Of a DNA stretch of 21,006 bases, positions 1 through 8,687 are shown in pieces; the first letter of the stretch is position 1, and each line of letters begins with the position of its first letter. Made by a program: the position numbers and the translations under genes. The DNA lies in contig JBNJFI010000029.1 of assembly GCA_051746725.1 (NCBI GenBank), positions 1 to 21,006 of the forward strand. Direction: 5' to 3'. Under the pieces are notes generated by a model that saw nothing but the letters and a program-made list of their open reading frames with translations, ran no database searches and was not told where the DNA came from. Origin of the DNA: Fusobacteriota bacterium. GTDB lineage: Bacteria; Fusobacteriota; Fusobacteriia; Fusobacteriales; JBNJFI01.

Positions 1-90
1 CCTTAATTATCAGGTCTAATAAATTAAATAAAATCAGTGGATTACAATTTTGCAATTAACTATAAGAATAAAATATGATTAGGAGGAATA

Positions 91-480
91 ATGGGAGATT
101 TAATATTAACTGCTAGTAATTATGTTTCATATTTTGCACAGTCCTTGGCGATATTTATAATCGTGAATGGAATAATAAGAGTGTTTTGGTTATATATACA
201 AAATTTATTTAAAGCAGAAGGTGTTTTAGAAGCTATAAAAAAAAGTAGAGCCGAGTTGGGATATTCTTTTTCAGTTGCATTGGGAGTTTTGATTGGATCG
301 AGTATATTAAAAACAGTTGTAGCTCCTAATTGGGATATGATTGGACAATTGGCATCTATAATTGCTATACGTACAGTTTTAAACTATTTTTTAACAAAGG
401 ATATATTTGAAATATTAAAAGAAGAGCAAAATGAGATTGATAGTAAAGTAAAAAAGGAAATGCTAGAAAAAAATAATTAG
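91..480 (+). CDS. DUF1622-family small membrane protein
   Basis: 129 aa with about 3 hydrophobic segments. The motif 'RAELGYSFSVALGVLIGSSILKTVVAPNWDMIGQLASIIAIRTVLNYFL' resembles the DUF1622 pattern. SD AGGAGG at 81-86. Confidence 0.8.
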   Translation: MGDLILTASNYVSYFAQSLAIFIIVNGIIRVFWLYIQNLFKAEGVLEAIKKSRAELGYSFSVALGVLIGSSILKTVVAPNWDMIGQLASIIAIRTVLNYFLTKDIFEILKEEQNEIDSKVKKEMLEKNN

Positions 481-489
481 GAGGAAGAT

Positions 490-1431
490 ATGTCAAAAAT
501 AATGTGTGTCGGAGAACTTTTGATTGATTTTGTATGTTCAGATGTTGATAAAAATATTGTAGAAGGTAAAAATTTTATCAAAAAAGCAGGAGGAGCCCCT
601 GCAAATGTTGCAGCTAGTATTGCAAAACTAGGAGGAGAATCGGCCTTTGTAGGTAAGGTAGGTAATGATCAGTTCGGTATATTTTTGCAAAAAAGTTTAG
701 AAGAAGTAAATGTAGATACTAAAAGTTTAATTTTAGATGATAATAGCAATACAACTTTGGCATTTGTTTCTCTTCAAAGTGATGGGGAAAGAGATTTTAT
801 ATTTAATAGAGGAGCTGATGAATTATTAGATTTTGAGGAAATCAACAAAAAAGATCTTGATAAGTCTAAGGTGATACACCTAGGTTCTGCAACAGCGCTT
901 TTAGGTGGAAAATTAAGGAAAACATATAAAAAAATAGCAAAACTGGCAAAGGATTCTAAAAAAGTAACCTTTTTTGATCCTAACTATAGAGTTGATCTTT
1001 GGAAAGGTAGATTAGATGAATTTATATCTGAGAGCAAAGAAATGATGCCATATGCTAATTTTGTAAAATTAAGCGAGGAAGAAGCTGAGATTATTTCTGG
1101 TAAGAGTAAAAGAGAAGAAGCGGTCAAGGTTATACATGAACTGGGTGCCGATATAGTAGCTATAACTCTTGGAAAAAATGGAACTTTTATAAGTGATGGA
1201 AATGAATCTAAAATTATAAAAAGTATAAAAGTAAAAGCAATAGATGCAACAGGAGCTGGAGATGCATTTGTTGGAGCGGTATTATATAAAATGAATAATC
1301 AAGAAAATTGGAAGAATATGAAAGAGTTAGAAAAAATAATTTCTTTTGCAAATAAAGTAGGAGCCATCGTTACAACTAAATATGGAGCAATATCATCTTT
1401 ACCTACAGTGGAAGAAGTAGAAAAATATTAA
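490..1431 (+). CDS. PfkB-family carbohydrate kinase, probable fructokinase (ScrK-like)
   Basis: N-terminal GELLIDF, GGAPANVA, GKVGNDQFG, DPNYR and the C-terminal PfkB signature DATGAGDAFVG. SD AGGAGG at 479-484. Confidence 0.92.
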   Translation: MSKIMCVGELLIDFVCSDVDKNIVEGKNFIKKAGGAPANVAASIAKLGGESAFVGKVGNDQFGIFLQKSLEEVNVDTKSLILDDNSNTTLAFVSLQSDGERDFIFNRGADELLDFEEINKKDLDKSKVIHLGSATALLGGKLRKTYKKIAKLAKDSKKVTFFDPNYRVDLWKGRLDEFISESKEMMPYANFVKLSEEEAEIISGKSKREEAVKVIHELGADIVAITLGKNGTFISDGNESKIIKSIKVKAIDATGAGDAFVGAVLYKMNNQENWKNMKELEKIISFANKVGAIVTTKYGAISSLPTVEEVEKY

Positions 1432-1441
1432 AACAAAAAAG

Positions 1442-1491
1442 AAAAATAAGTCTTTTTTGGCAATTTAATTTGTCAAATAAGACTTATTTTT
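1442..1491 (+). terminator. Probable intrinsic (possibly bidirectional) terminator after the kinase gene
   Basis: 22-bp inverted repeat AAAAATAAGTCTTTTTTGGCAA / TTGTCAAATAAGACTTATTTTT with one mismatch, one G-U pair and a 6-nt loop. A-tract on the 5' side and T-tract on the 3' side. Confidence 0.7.
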
Positions 1492-1518
1492 ATAATATTT
1501 AAAAGTGGAGGAGATAAA

Positions 1519-2274
1519 ATGGAATTAGTATCATGGAATGTGAATGGTTTGAGAGCAGCAGTTAGAAAAGGATTTGAAAAGGTATTTAAAGATATCGATG
1601 CAGATATATTTTCATTACAAGAAATCCGATTACAAGAGGGACAAATAGATTTAGATTTAAATGATTATAATCAGTATTGGAATTATGGCGAAAAAAAAGG
1701 GTATTCCGGAACAGCGATTTTTACAAAAGAAAAACCTATTTCAGTTAAAAATGGAATTGGAATAGAAAAACATGACAAAGAGGGAAGAGTAATGACAGCT
1801 GAGTACCCAGAATTTTATCTTGTCAATGTATATACCCCTAATTCAAAACGTGGATTAAAAAGATTGGATTATAGAATGGAATGGCAAGATGATTTCAAAA
1901 ATTATATACTGAATTTAGAAAAAGAAAAACCAGTTATTGTTTGTGGAGATTTAAATGTAGCTCATAAAGAAATCGATATTGAAAATGACTCTACTAATCA
2001 TGATAGTGCTGGTTTTACAGATGAAGAGAGAGAAAAAATGAGTGATTTACTTGAAGCGGGATACATTGATTCCTTTAGATATTTCTATCCAGAAAAAGAA
2101 AAGGCTTATTCGTGGTGGTCGTATATGAGAAAAGCAAGAGATAGAAATGTTGGATGGAGATTAGATTATTTTATTGTATCAGAAAAATTAGCAAAAAAGA
2201 TGGAAGATGCTAATATATATTCAGATATCATGGGAAGTGACCACTGTCCTGTTTCCTTAAAACTTAAAGATTAA
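1519..2274 (+). CDS. xth: Exodeoxyribonuclease III / AP endonuclease (ExoA/Xth)
   Basis: SWNVNGLRA, LQE, GYSGTA, VYTPNS, GDLNVAH, YSWWSY, GWRLDYF and GSDHCPV motifs. SD GGAGG at 1507-1511. Confidence 0.96.
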   Translation: MELVSWNVNGLRAAVRKGFEKVFKDIDADIFSLQEIRLQEGQIDLDLNDYNQYWNYGEKKGYSGTAIFTKEKPISVKNGIGIEKHDKEGRVMTAEYPEFYLVNVYTPNSKRGLKRLDYRMEWQDDFKNYILNLEKEKPVIVCGDLNVAHKEIDIENDSTNHDSAGFTDEEREKMSDLLEAGYIDSFRYFYPEKEKAYSWWSYMRKARDRNVGWRLDYFIVSEKLAKKMEDANIYSDIMGSDHCPVSLKLKD

Positions 2275-2291
2275 TACTAATAAAATATATG

Positions 2292-2320
2292 AGGACAGAT
2301 TATATAATCTGTCCTTAGTT
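2292..2320 (+). terminator. Probable intrinsic terminator after xth
   Basis: Perfect 24-nt palindrome AGGACAGATTATATAATCTGTCCT (2292-2315), 17 nt after the xth stop, followed by TAGTTT. Confidence 0.7.
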
Positions 2321-2449
2321 TATAAATTTAAATATAAGTTTACTTCCTTTTTTGAAAATGAGATTAACGCAGATAATATATTTTTATGATCCAAAATTAT
2401 TCAAAGTTAAATTTTCAAGAATAAGTTTTAAATAATAGGATGTAAGTAG

Positions 2450-2514
2450 GATTAATAATTAATAACTAATAATTAAATATTGATTTTTAATAATTGATTA
2501 TTGATTTTTAATCT
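2450..2514. repeat. Imperfect 7-nt tandem repeat array (about 9 units) that also forms an inverted repeat
   Basis: From 2452: ttaataa ttaataa ctaataa ttaaata ttgattt ttaataa ttgatta ttgattt ttaatct. 2450-2476 can pair with 2480-2506. Confidence 0.6.
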
Positions 2515-2524
2515 TTAAAAAAAA

Positions 2525-2553
2525 TGGAAATTTTTATTAAAATATGTTATTAT
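2525..2553 (+). promoter_or_regulatory. Putative sigma70 promoter (extended -10) for the mutS operon
   Basis: TG-t-TATTAT at 2545-2553 and a weak -35 TGGAAA at 2525-2530 with a 17-nt spacer, about 40 nt upstream of the mutS ATG. Confidence 0.45.
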
Positions 2554-2592
2554 ATAGATGTAATGATTATTATATAGGGGGATTAATAAAAA

Positions 2593-5205
2593 ATGGCAAA
2601 AAAAGAGACTCCATTAATGAAACAATACAATAGAATAAAATCTAAACATAAAAACTCAGTTTTATTTTTTCGTTTAGGAGACTTTTATGAAATGTTTTTT
2701 GATGATGCCAAAATAGTCTCAGAGGAATTAGGGTTAACTCTAACTTCGAGAAGTAAGAAAAAAGGGAAAAAAGTTCCCATGGCAGGAGTGCCATTTCATT
2801 CTTCTGCACAATACATATCAAAACTTGTGGAAAGGGGATATCAAGTTGCTATATGTGAGCAGGTTGAAGATGCTAATGCGTCTAAAGGTATAGTAAAACG
2901 TGAAGTAGTTCGAGTTATAACTCCTGGTACAGTAATAGATGTAGATACTCTAGATGAAAAGAGTAATAATTATATAATGGGAATATTTATAGGAGAAAAA
3001 AACTCTGCAATATCATATATGGATATAACAACAGGAGAGTTTTCAACAACGCAATTTTCAGATGAAAAACATAAAGAAAACATCTTGAATGCTATATATA
3101 AGATAGGACCTAAAGAAATAGTTTCAAATGAAGTTACTTATAACATATTAAAAAGTGAATTGGAAAATTTAGAAGATATAAATGATATTATTATGAATAA
3201 ATACGAGTTTAATGAAAATAGCACTGAATATCTTGAAGATTATTTTGGTGTAGTATCTTTAGAAAGTTATGGATTAAATAACAAAAAAGAAAGTATAAAA
3301 ATTTCAGGATTATTATTAGATTATGTCTTAGACTTACAAAATTATTCAGAATTGCCGGTAAATAAAATTAAATATGTAAATCTAAACCAATATATGGAAT
3401 TAAATTTGTCTACCCAAAGAAATTTAGAACTTATTCAAACTGAAAAAGAAAAAAATAAGGTAGGAACTTTATTATGGGTTTTAGATTATACTAAAACATC
3501 TATGGGTGGAAGATACTTAAAAAAGATAATAAAAAATCCACTTATAAATATAGAAGATATTAAAAAACGACAAAAAGATATAAAATATTTTATAGATGAA
3601 ATTATAAAGCGAGAAGAGATAAAAGAAGAATTAAAAAATATATATGACTTAGAAAGATTAATGGCGAAAATAACCTTGGGAACAGAAAATGCCAGGGATT
3701 TAATAGCTATAAAAAAATCTTTAGATTCTATTATGAAGGCAAAAAAAATATTAGATAAAAAGAATATTATAAATGAAAAAATGGAAAATATAAATAAAAT
3801 ATACCTAATGATTGAAAATGCTATAGTAGAAGAACCACCGCACTCAATTCGAGAGGGAAAAATGTTCAAAAAAGGGTATGATTCAAAACTAGATGAGTTA
3901 TTAAATATATCCACCAAAAGTAAGGATTACATTGCGAACTTAGAAAAAGAAGAAAAAGAAAAAACAGGTATAAATTCATTAAAGGTTGGATTCAATAAAG
4001 TTCACGGATATTATATCCAAGTTACTAAAAAGAATACTCATTTAGTTCCAGATGAATATATAAGAAAACAAACTCTAGCAAACTCTGAAAGATATATTAC
4101 TCCAGAATTAAAAGAGTATGAAAGTAAAATTTTAAATGCAAAAGATAAAATAGAAGCTTTAGAATACAATTTATTTAAGGAACTTTCAAAAAAGATAAAA
4201 GAAAACATATCAATGTTTCAAAATCTTGCAAATAGAGTTTCATATTTAGATGTTATGATATCGTTAGCTGAAAGTGCAATAAAGAATAATTATATAAAAC
4301 CTGAATTAACTCAAGGATATGAACTTCAAATATCTGATGGGCGACATCCAATAGTTGAAAAATTAATTGGAGAAGAAGAATATATAAAAAATGATATCAA
4401 ATTAGATGAAAAAGAAAAGATGAGTATATTAACTGGACCAAATATGGCTGGAAAATCGACTTATATGAAACAAGTGGCATTAATAATCCTAATGGCACAA
4501 ATTGGAAGTTATGTTCCAGCAAGCCAGGCCAGAATAGGTATTACAGATAAGATTTTTACGAGAGTAGGAGCTTCTGATAATTTAGTGTCTGGTCAGAGTA
4601 CTTTTATGGTAGAAATGAGTGAAGTTGCCAATATATTAAATAATGCAACAAAAAAGAGTTTTATAATTTTAGATGAAGTCGGAAGAGGAACTAGCACCTT
4701 TGATGGGATTTCAATTGCTTGGGCAATAACAGAATATATCCATGATGAAATAGGGGCTAAAACTATATTTGCTACTCATTATCATGAGTTAACTGATCTG
4801 GGTAAAAGGTTGGATAATTTAATAAATTTAAGAGTAGAAGTTAAGGAAAACAAAAATGATGTGATATTTTTGAGGAAAATAGTTAGAGGCGGAGCAGATA
4901 AAAGTTATGGAATTGAAGTTGCTAAATTAGCAGGACTTCCTAAGTTCATTCTTGAGAGAAGTAAAAAAATATTAAACGACAAAATAAAAAAACAGAAAAT
5001 GATAGAAAAAACTATAAAAGTTACACAGTTATCATTATTTAATGATAATAAAAATGATGATATTAATTATCAAGTTAATGAGGCTAAAGAGGAAAATGAA
5101 GTTATAATGGATTTGAAGGATTTGGATTTAAATAATATGACTCCATTAGATGCATTGGTAAAACTAAATGAATTAAAAAAGCGAGTAGATAACGGGGGAA
5201 GTTAA
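2593..5205 (+). CDS. mutS: DNA mismatch repair protein MutS (MutS1)
   Basis: TPLMKQY, FFRLGDFYEMF mismatch-binding motif, Walker A GPNMAGKST, DEVGRGTST, FATHYHEL, SYGIEVAKLAGLP, and C-terminal QLSLF and MTPLDAL. Confidence 0.98.
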   Translation: MAKKETPLMKQYNRIKSKHKNSVLFFRLGDFYEMFFDDAKIVSEELGLTLTSRSKKKGKKVPMAGVPFHSSAQYISKLVERGYQVAICEQVEDANASKGIVKREVVRVITPGTVIDVDTLDEKSNNYIMGIFIGEKNSAISYMDITTGEFSTTQFSDEKHKENILNAIYKIGPKEIVSNEVTYNILKSELENLEDINDIIMNKYEFNENSTEYLEDYFGVVSLESYGLNNKKESIKISGLLLDYVLDLQNYSELPVNKIKYVNLNQYMELNLSTQRNLELIQTEKEKNKVGTLLWVLDYTKTSMGGRYLKKIIKNPLINIEDIKKRQKDIKYFIDEIIKREEIKEELKNIYDLERLMAKITLGTENARDLIAIKKSLDSIMKAKKILDKKNIINEKMENINKIYLMIENAIVEEPPHSIREGKMFKKGYDSKLDELLNISTKSKDYIANLEKEEKEKTGINSLKVGFNKVHGYYIQVTKKNTHLVPDEYIRKQTLANSERYITPELKEYESKILNAKDKIEALEYNLFKELSKKIKENISMFQNLANRVSYLDVMISLAESAIKNNYIKPELTQGYELQISDGRHPIVEKLIGEEEYIKNDIKLDEKEKMSILTGPNMAGKSTYMKQVALIILMAQIGSYVPASQARIGITDKIFTRVGASDNLVSGQSTFMVEMSEVANILNNATKKSFIILDEVGRGTSTFDGISIAWAITEYIHDEIGAKTIFATHYHELTDLGKRLDNLINLRVEVKENKNDVIFLRKIVRGGADKSYGIEVAKLAGLPKFILERSKKILNDKIKKQKMIEKTIKVTQLSLFNDNKNDDINYQVNEAKEENEVIMDLKDLDLNNMTPLDALVKLNELKKRVDNGGS

Positions 5206-7941
5206 ATGTTAAAAAAAGCTTTATATTTAATAATGGGAGGATTATTTATTTTCTTTATATATAATAATTATATAAAAGAAGATAAAATAGAAATTAGAGA
5301 TGTGAATGAAAATGTTCAAACAGAAAATATAAGATATAATGTAGGGAAAAACTATGAAATAGAAGCTGAAAATTTAATTGAAAATAAAGAAAACGAAAAT
5401 ACCTATTTTAAAACTGCCAAAGCTATATTTGATACTTTAAAAATAAGTGGAAAAGAGGCAATAGTCGATAAATATCAAAATATGGTTTTAGAAGGGGACA
5501 TTTTAGGCGAAACTAATTCTGGTTGGGATTTTACAACAGAAAAAATAAATTATGATGAAAAGAAAGAAAAGTTTTATTCTGAGTCTAAAATAATAGCTAA
5601 AAATCCAGAAGAAAAAATGAATCTAGTAGCTGATAAATTTGATGCCAATTCAGGGTTCACAGTTATTAATCTTGTAGGAGATGTAAAATTACAAACGCCC
5701 ACTTTAGAGCTTACAAGTAAAAGAGTAAGATATGATAGAGAAAATAAAATGGTTAGATTTACGACTAATATAAGATTCAAGGCGAAAAACCTTGAAAGTG
5801 GAAAAGGAACTATAGATAGGATATCTGGTAGAATGAATTCTGCTATATATGATTTAGAGAGAGGTAAATTAACAGTTTGGGGTAAATTTGAAATATATTA
5901 TATGGGATATGTAATAAGCGCTAATAATATGATGTATTATAAGGAAACAGGAAATGTTAATATTTATGATAATGTTCAAATCTCTAAGGAAGATATAGAA
6001 ATAAATATGAGAAAAATGTATTATAATGATAACACAGAAAAAATCGTATTAACTGGTCCTATTACAGGGAATAAAGGTAATTATGAGTTTGAATCAGCGT
6101 ATGGTGATATAGAAACTAAAACAGAAAATGAAAAAATAAGAATACTTCAAGATGTTGTTATAACTAACGAAGAAAACCAGATAAAATTATTTGCAGATGA
6201 AGTAAAATATGATTTAAAAAGTAGTAAATTAGACATTTTGGGAAATCGGCAAATAAAACTAGAAGGCGAAGAATTCACTGCAACATCTAAAAATGCGAAA
6301 TACGATTTAGAAACAAATGTCCTTACTGTTGATGAAGATTATGAGTTTATTCAAGATAATTTAAAGATCTTAGGTAATAAATTAGATTTTAATACAGAAA
6401 CAGAAATGGGAAATAGTCAAAATAATAAATTGAGAAATCAAGATTTGAAAATGGAATCTTCTTTTTTGGAATTTAACCTGTCTAATAAAGAATATATTTT
6501 AAGAGAAAATGTAAAAGTTGAAAGAGAAGATTATATATTAAATACAGAAAATATGATAATAAATAATAAAGAAGGAAAAATATTGATACCAGAAGAATTT
6601 GAAGTAAATTCTCAAAAAGAAAATTTTAATTTAATAGGTATCAATGGAGAGTTTCAAAATATAAATAATGAAGATGAAACAAGAGCTAAAAAATTAATAA
6701 TAAAAGATAGCGTTGATATCCAAAAAGATGATTTCTTCATTACTGCTAATATGCTTGATTATAATTTAGATGAAGAAACAGGTCAGTTAGAAGGAGACCT
6801 TAATATTAAAAATGAAAAACAAGGAATAGATATAGATGCAGATAGAGGGACTTACAAAAAAGGTGGCTCTTTAGTACTCTATGACGATATTGATATCAAA
6901 AAAGATAATAATAAATTAAATACAGAAAAAATGACCTATAAAACTCAAAATGAAAAACTTATTTTTGATAATCCAGGTGAGATAACGAATGAAGAAAAAA
7001 ATTATAAAATAAATTATGAAAAAGGAAACTATCAAAGTACTACTGAAATTTTAAATATGGATAATGTAAAAGGTCAAAAAGATGATATATATATAGAAAG
7101 TGATTACGCAAAATATGATTCAGAAAATGAATTGTTGACGCTTACTGAAAATGTAAAAATTATAAAAGAAAATATCGTTATAACAGGCTCAGAGATGACA
7201 TATGATATGACTACAAGCGACATTGAATCAAATAGTAAGGTTAATATCAAAAAAGAAAATGTATTAATAGTAGCTAACTATGTCAAGATCAATATGAATA
7301 GTGAATATTTAGAATCTGAAGATGTGGTGGTAACTACAGATCAAGGCGATAGGTTAAGTGGAAATAAGATGTTTGGAAAGTTATCAAATATGGAATTTGA
7401 TTTTGTAGGTGATTTACAAGCGGATTTAACGAATAACACATCTTTTTATGGCGATAGAGCAAAAATGTTTTTTGTGGAAAATGATTCTGATGAATATGAA
7501 GTTACTAGAGGTGAAATTAACGATAATACTAGATTTATATATGGGCAAATGGATTTAACTGCTGATTATTTGGAAATAGATAATAACAAAAATTTAGTAT
7601 TTGGGAAAGGGAACCCAAAATTAAAAGTTCAAGAAAGTACAGAAGTTGTTTCTGAATATATATATTTAGAGTTAGATAAAAAAGTTGGTAGAATGGAAAA
7701 CAATGTAAAGATGACTAATAAAGGAATAGAAGAAGCCGGAACAGTAAATGCAACCTCTGATAAAGCAATACTTAGAAACGAAGAGAGGAAAATTGAATTT
7801 TTAGGGAATGTTGAAGTATATAAAGGACAAAATACTGTACAAACTGATAAAGGAACTATGGATTTGGATACCAATGTACTTTCAGGAGTTGGAAACACAA
7901 AGTTTAAATTATCGGCAGATAAAAAAGAAGAGGGAGATTAA
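5206..7941 (+). CDS. Large LptC/LptA (OstA)-like LPS transport periplasmic protein with N-terminal membrane anchor and multiple beta-jellyroll repeats
   Basis: N-terminal hydrophobic helix (LYLIMGGLFIFFIY), then recurring OstA-type motifs such as ADEVKYDLKSSKLDILGN, SDYAKYDSENELLTLTENVKI and SDKAILRNEERKIEFLGNVEV. Lies directly upstream of lptB. Confidence 0.8.
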   Translation: MLKKALYLIMGGLFIFFIYNNYIKEDKIEIRDVNENVQTENIRYNVGKNYEIEAENLIENKENENTYFKTAKAIFDTLKISGKEAIVDKYQNMVLEGDILGETNSGWDFTTEKINYDEKKEKFYSESKIIAKNPEEKMNLVADKFDANSGFTVINLVGDVKLQTPTLELTSKRVRYDRENKMVRFTTNIRFKAKNLESGKGTIDRISGRMNSAIYDLERGKLTVWGKFEIYYMGYVISANNMMYYKETGNVNIYDNVQISKEDIEINMRKMYYNDNTEKIVLTGPITGNKGNYEFESAYGDIETKTENEKIRILQDVVITNEENQIKLFADEVKYDLKSSKLDILGNRQIKLEGEEFTATSKNAKYDLETNVLTVDEDYEFIQDNLKILGNKLDFNTETEMGNSQNNKLRNQDLKMESSFLEFNLSNKEYILRENVKVEREDYILNTENMIINNKEGKILIPEEFEVNSQKENFNLIGINGEFQNINNEDETRAKKLIIKDSVDIQKDDFFITANMLDYNLDEETGQLEGDLNIKNEKQGIDIDADRGTYKKGGSLVLYDDIDIKKDNNKLNTEKMTYKTQNEKLIFDNPGEITNEEKNYKINYEKGNYQSTTEILNMDNVKGQKDDIYIESDYAKYDSENELLTLTENVKIIKENIVITGSEMTYDMTTSDIESNSKVNIKKENVLIVANYVKINMNSEYLESEDVVVTTDQGDRLSGNKMFGKLSNMEFDFVGDLQADLTNNTSFYGDRAKMFFVENDSDEYEVTRGEINDNTRFIYGQMDLTADYLEIDNNKNLVFGKGNPKLKVQESTEVVSEYIYLELDKKVGRMENNVKMTNKGIEEAGTVNATSDKAILRNEERKIEFLGNVEVYKGQNTVQTDKGTMDLDTNVLSGVGNTKFKLSADKKEEGD

Positions 7942-7942
7942 T

Positions 7943-8665
7943 ATGAATACAATAGCAGCCCAGGGGTTATCAAAGTCATATAAAAAAAAAGAAGTTGTTT
8001 CTGATGTAAGTTTGGAAGTGAGTAAAGGAGAAATAGTAGGACTTTTAGGTCCTAATGGAGCGGGGAAAACTACAACTTTTTATATGATTGTTGGAATAAT
8101 AAATCCAAATAGAGGACGAGTTTTATATAATGAAGAAGATATCACAAAAGAGGCTATGTATAAAAGAGCACGTCGTGGTATGGGTTATTTAGCTCAAGAG
8201 GCCTCTGTATTTAGAAATTTAACTGTAGAGGAAAATATAGATGCCATATTAGAAATGAAAAGCTACAATAAGTCTGAAAGAAAAAAAATTAGAGAAGAAA
8301 TATTAGAAGAGTTTAAAATATCTCATATAGCCAAAGAATATGGATTTTCTCTATCAGGTGGAGAGAGAAGGAGAGTTGAAATAGCCAGAACAATTGCAAA
8401 TGATCCCGATTTTATACTTTTAGATGAACCTTTTGCTGGAGTAGATCCAATAGCTGTTGAAGATATACAAGAAATTATTATATATCTAAAACAAAGAGGG
8501 TTAGGAATATTAATAACAGATCATAGTGTAAGGGAGACTTTAAGTATAACGGAAAGAGCATATATAATGTCCGAAGGAAGAATTTTATTAAAAGGAACAA
8601 GTGAAGAGATTGCCGAAAATGAATTAGCCAGAAGAACATATTTGGGAAAAAATTTCAAATTATAA
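7943..8665 (+). CDS. lptB: LPS export ABC transporter ATP-binding protein LptB
   Basis: GLLGPNGAGKTTTFYM, GYLAQEASVFR, LSGGERRRVEIAR, LDEPFAGVDP, ITDHSVRETL and terminal YLGKNFKL. Start reassigned to ATG 7943 (SD GAGGGAG upstream, 1 nt after the previous stop) instead of 7808. Confidence 0.96.
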   Translation: MNTIAAQGLSKSYKKKEVVSDVSLEVSKGEIVGLLGPNGAGKTTTFYMIVGIINPNRGRVLYNEEDITKEAMYKRARRGMGYLAQEASVFRNLTVEENIDAILEMKSYNKSERKKIREEILEEFKISHIAKEYGFSLSGGERRRVEIARTIANDPDFILLDEPFAGVDPIAVEDIQEIIIYLKQRGLGILITDHSVRETLSITERAYIMSEGRILLKGTSEEIAENELARRTYLGKNFKL

Positions 8666-8687
8666 TATATATTTTATGGAGGAAGAA

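Noticed and set aside
2358..2435. 25-codon plus-strand ORF (MRLTQIIYFYDPKLFKVKFSRISFK) in the xth-mutS gap
   Set aside because: There is no SD upstream, it is short, and it has no recognisable motif.
2275..2592. AT-rich gap as a possible replication origin or CRISPR array
   Set aside because: I found no DnaA boxes (TTATCCACA-like) and no repeat-spacer pattern, and there are no dnaA or cas genes in the window.
5026..5040. QLSLF motif near the MutS C-terminus
   Set aside because: This is the well-known beta-clamp-binding motif of MutS and is not novel.
7808..7942. 45-aa N-terminal extension of LptB from the ORF track
   Set aside because: It overlaps the upstream gene by 134 nt. LptB homology begins at ATG 7943, which has its own SD.
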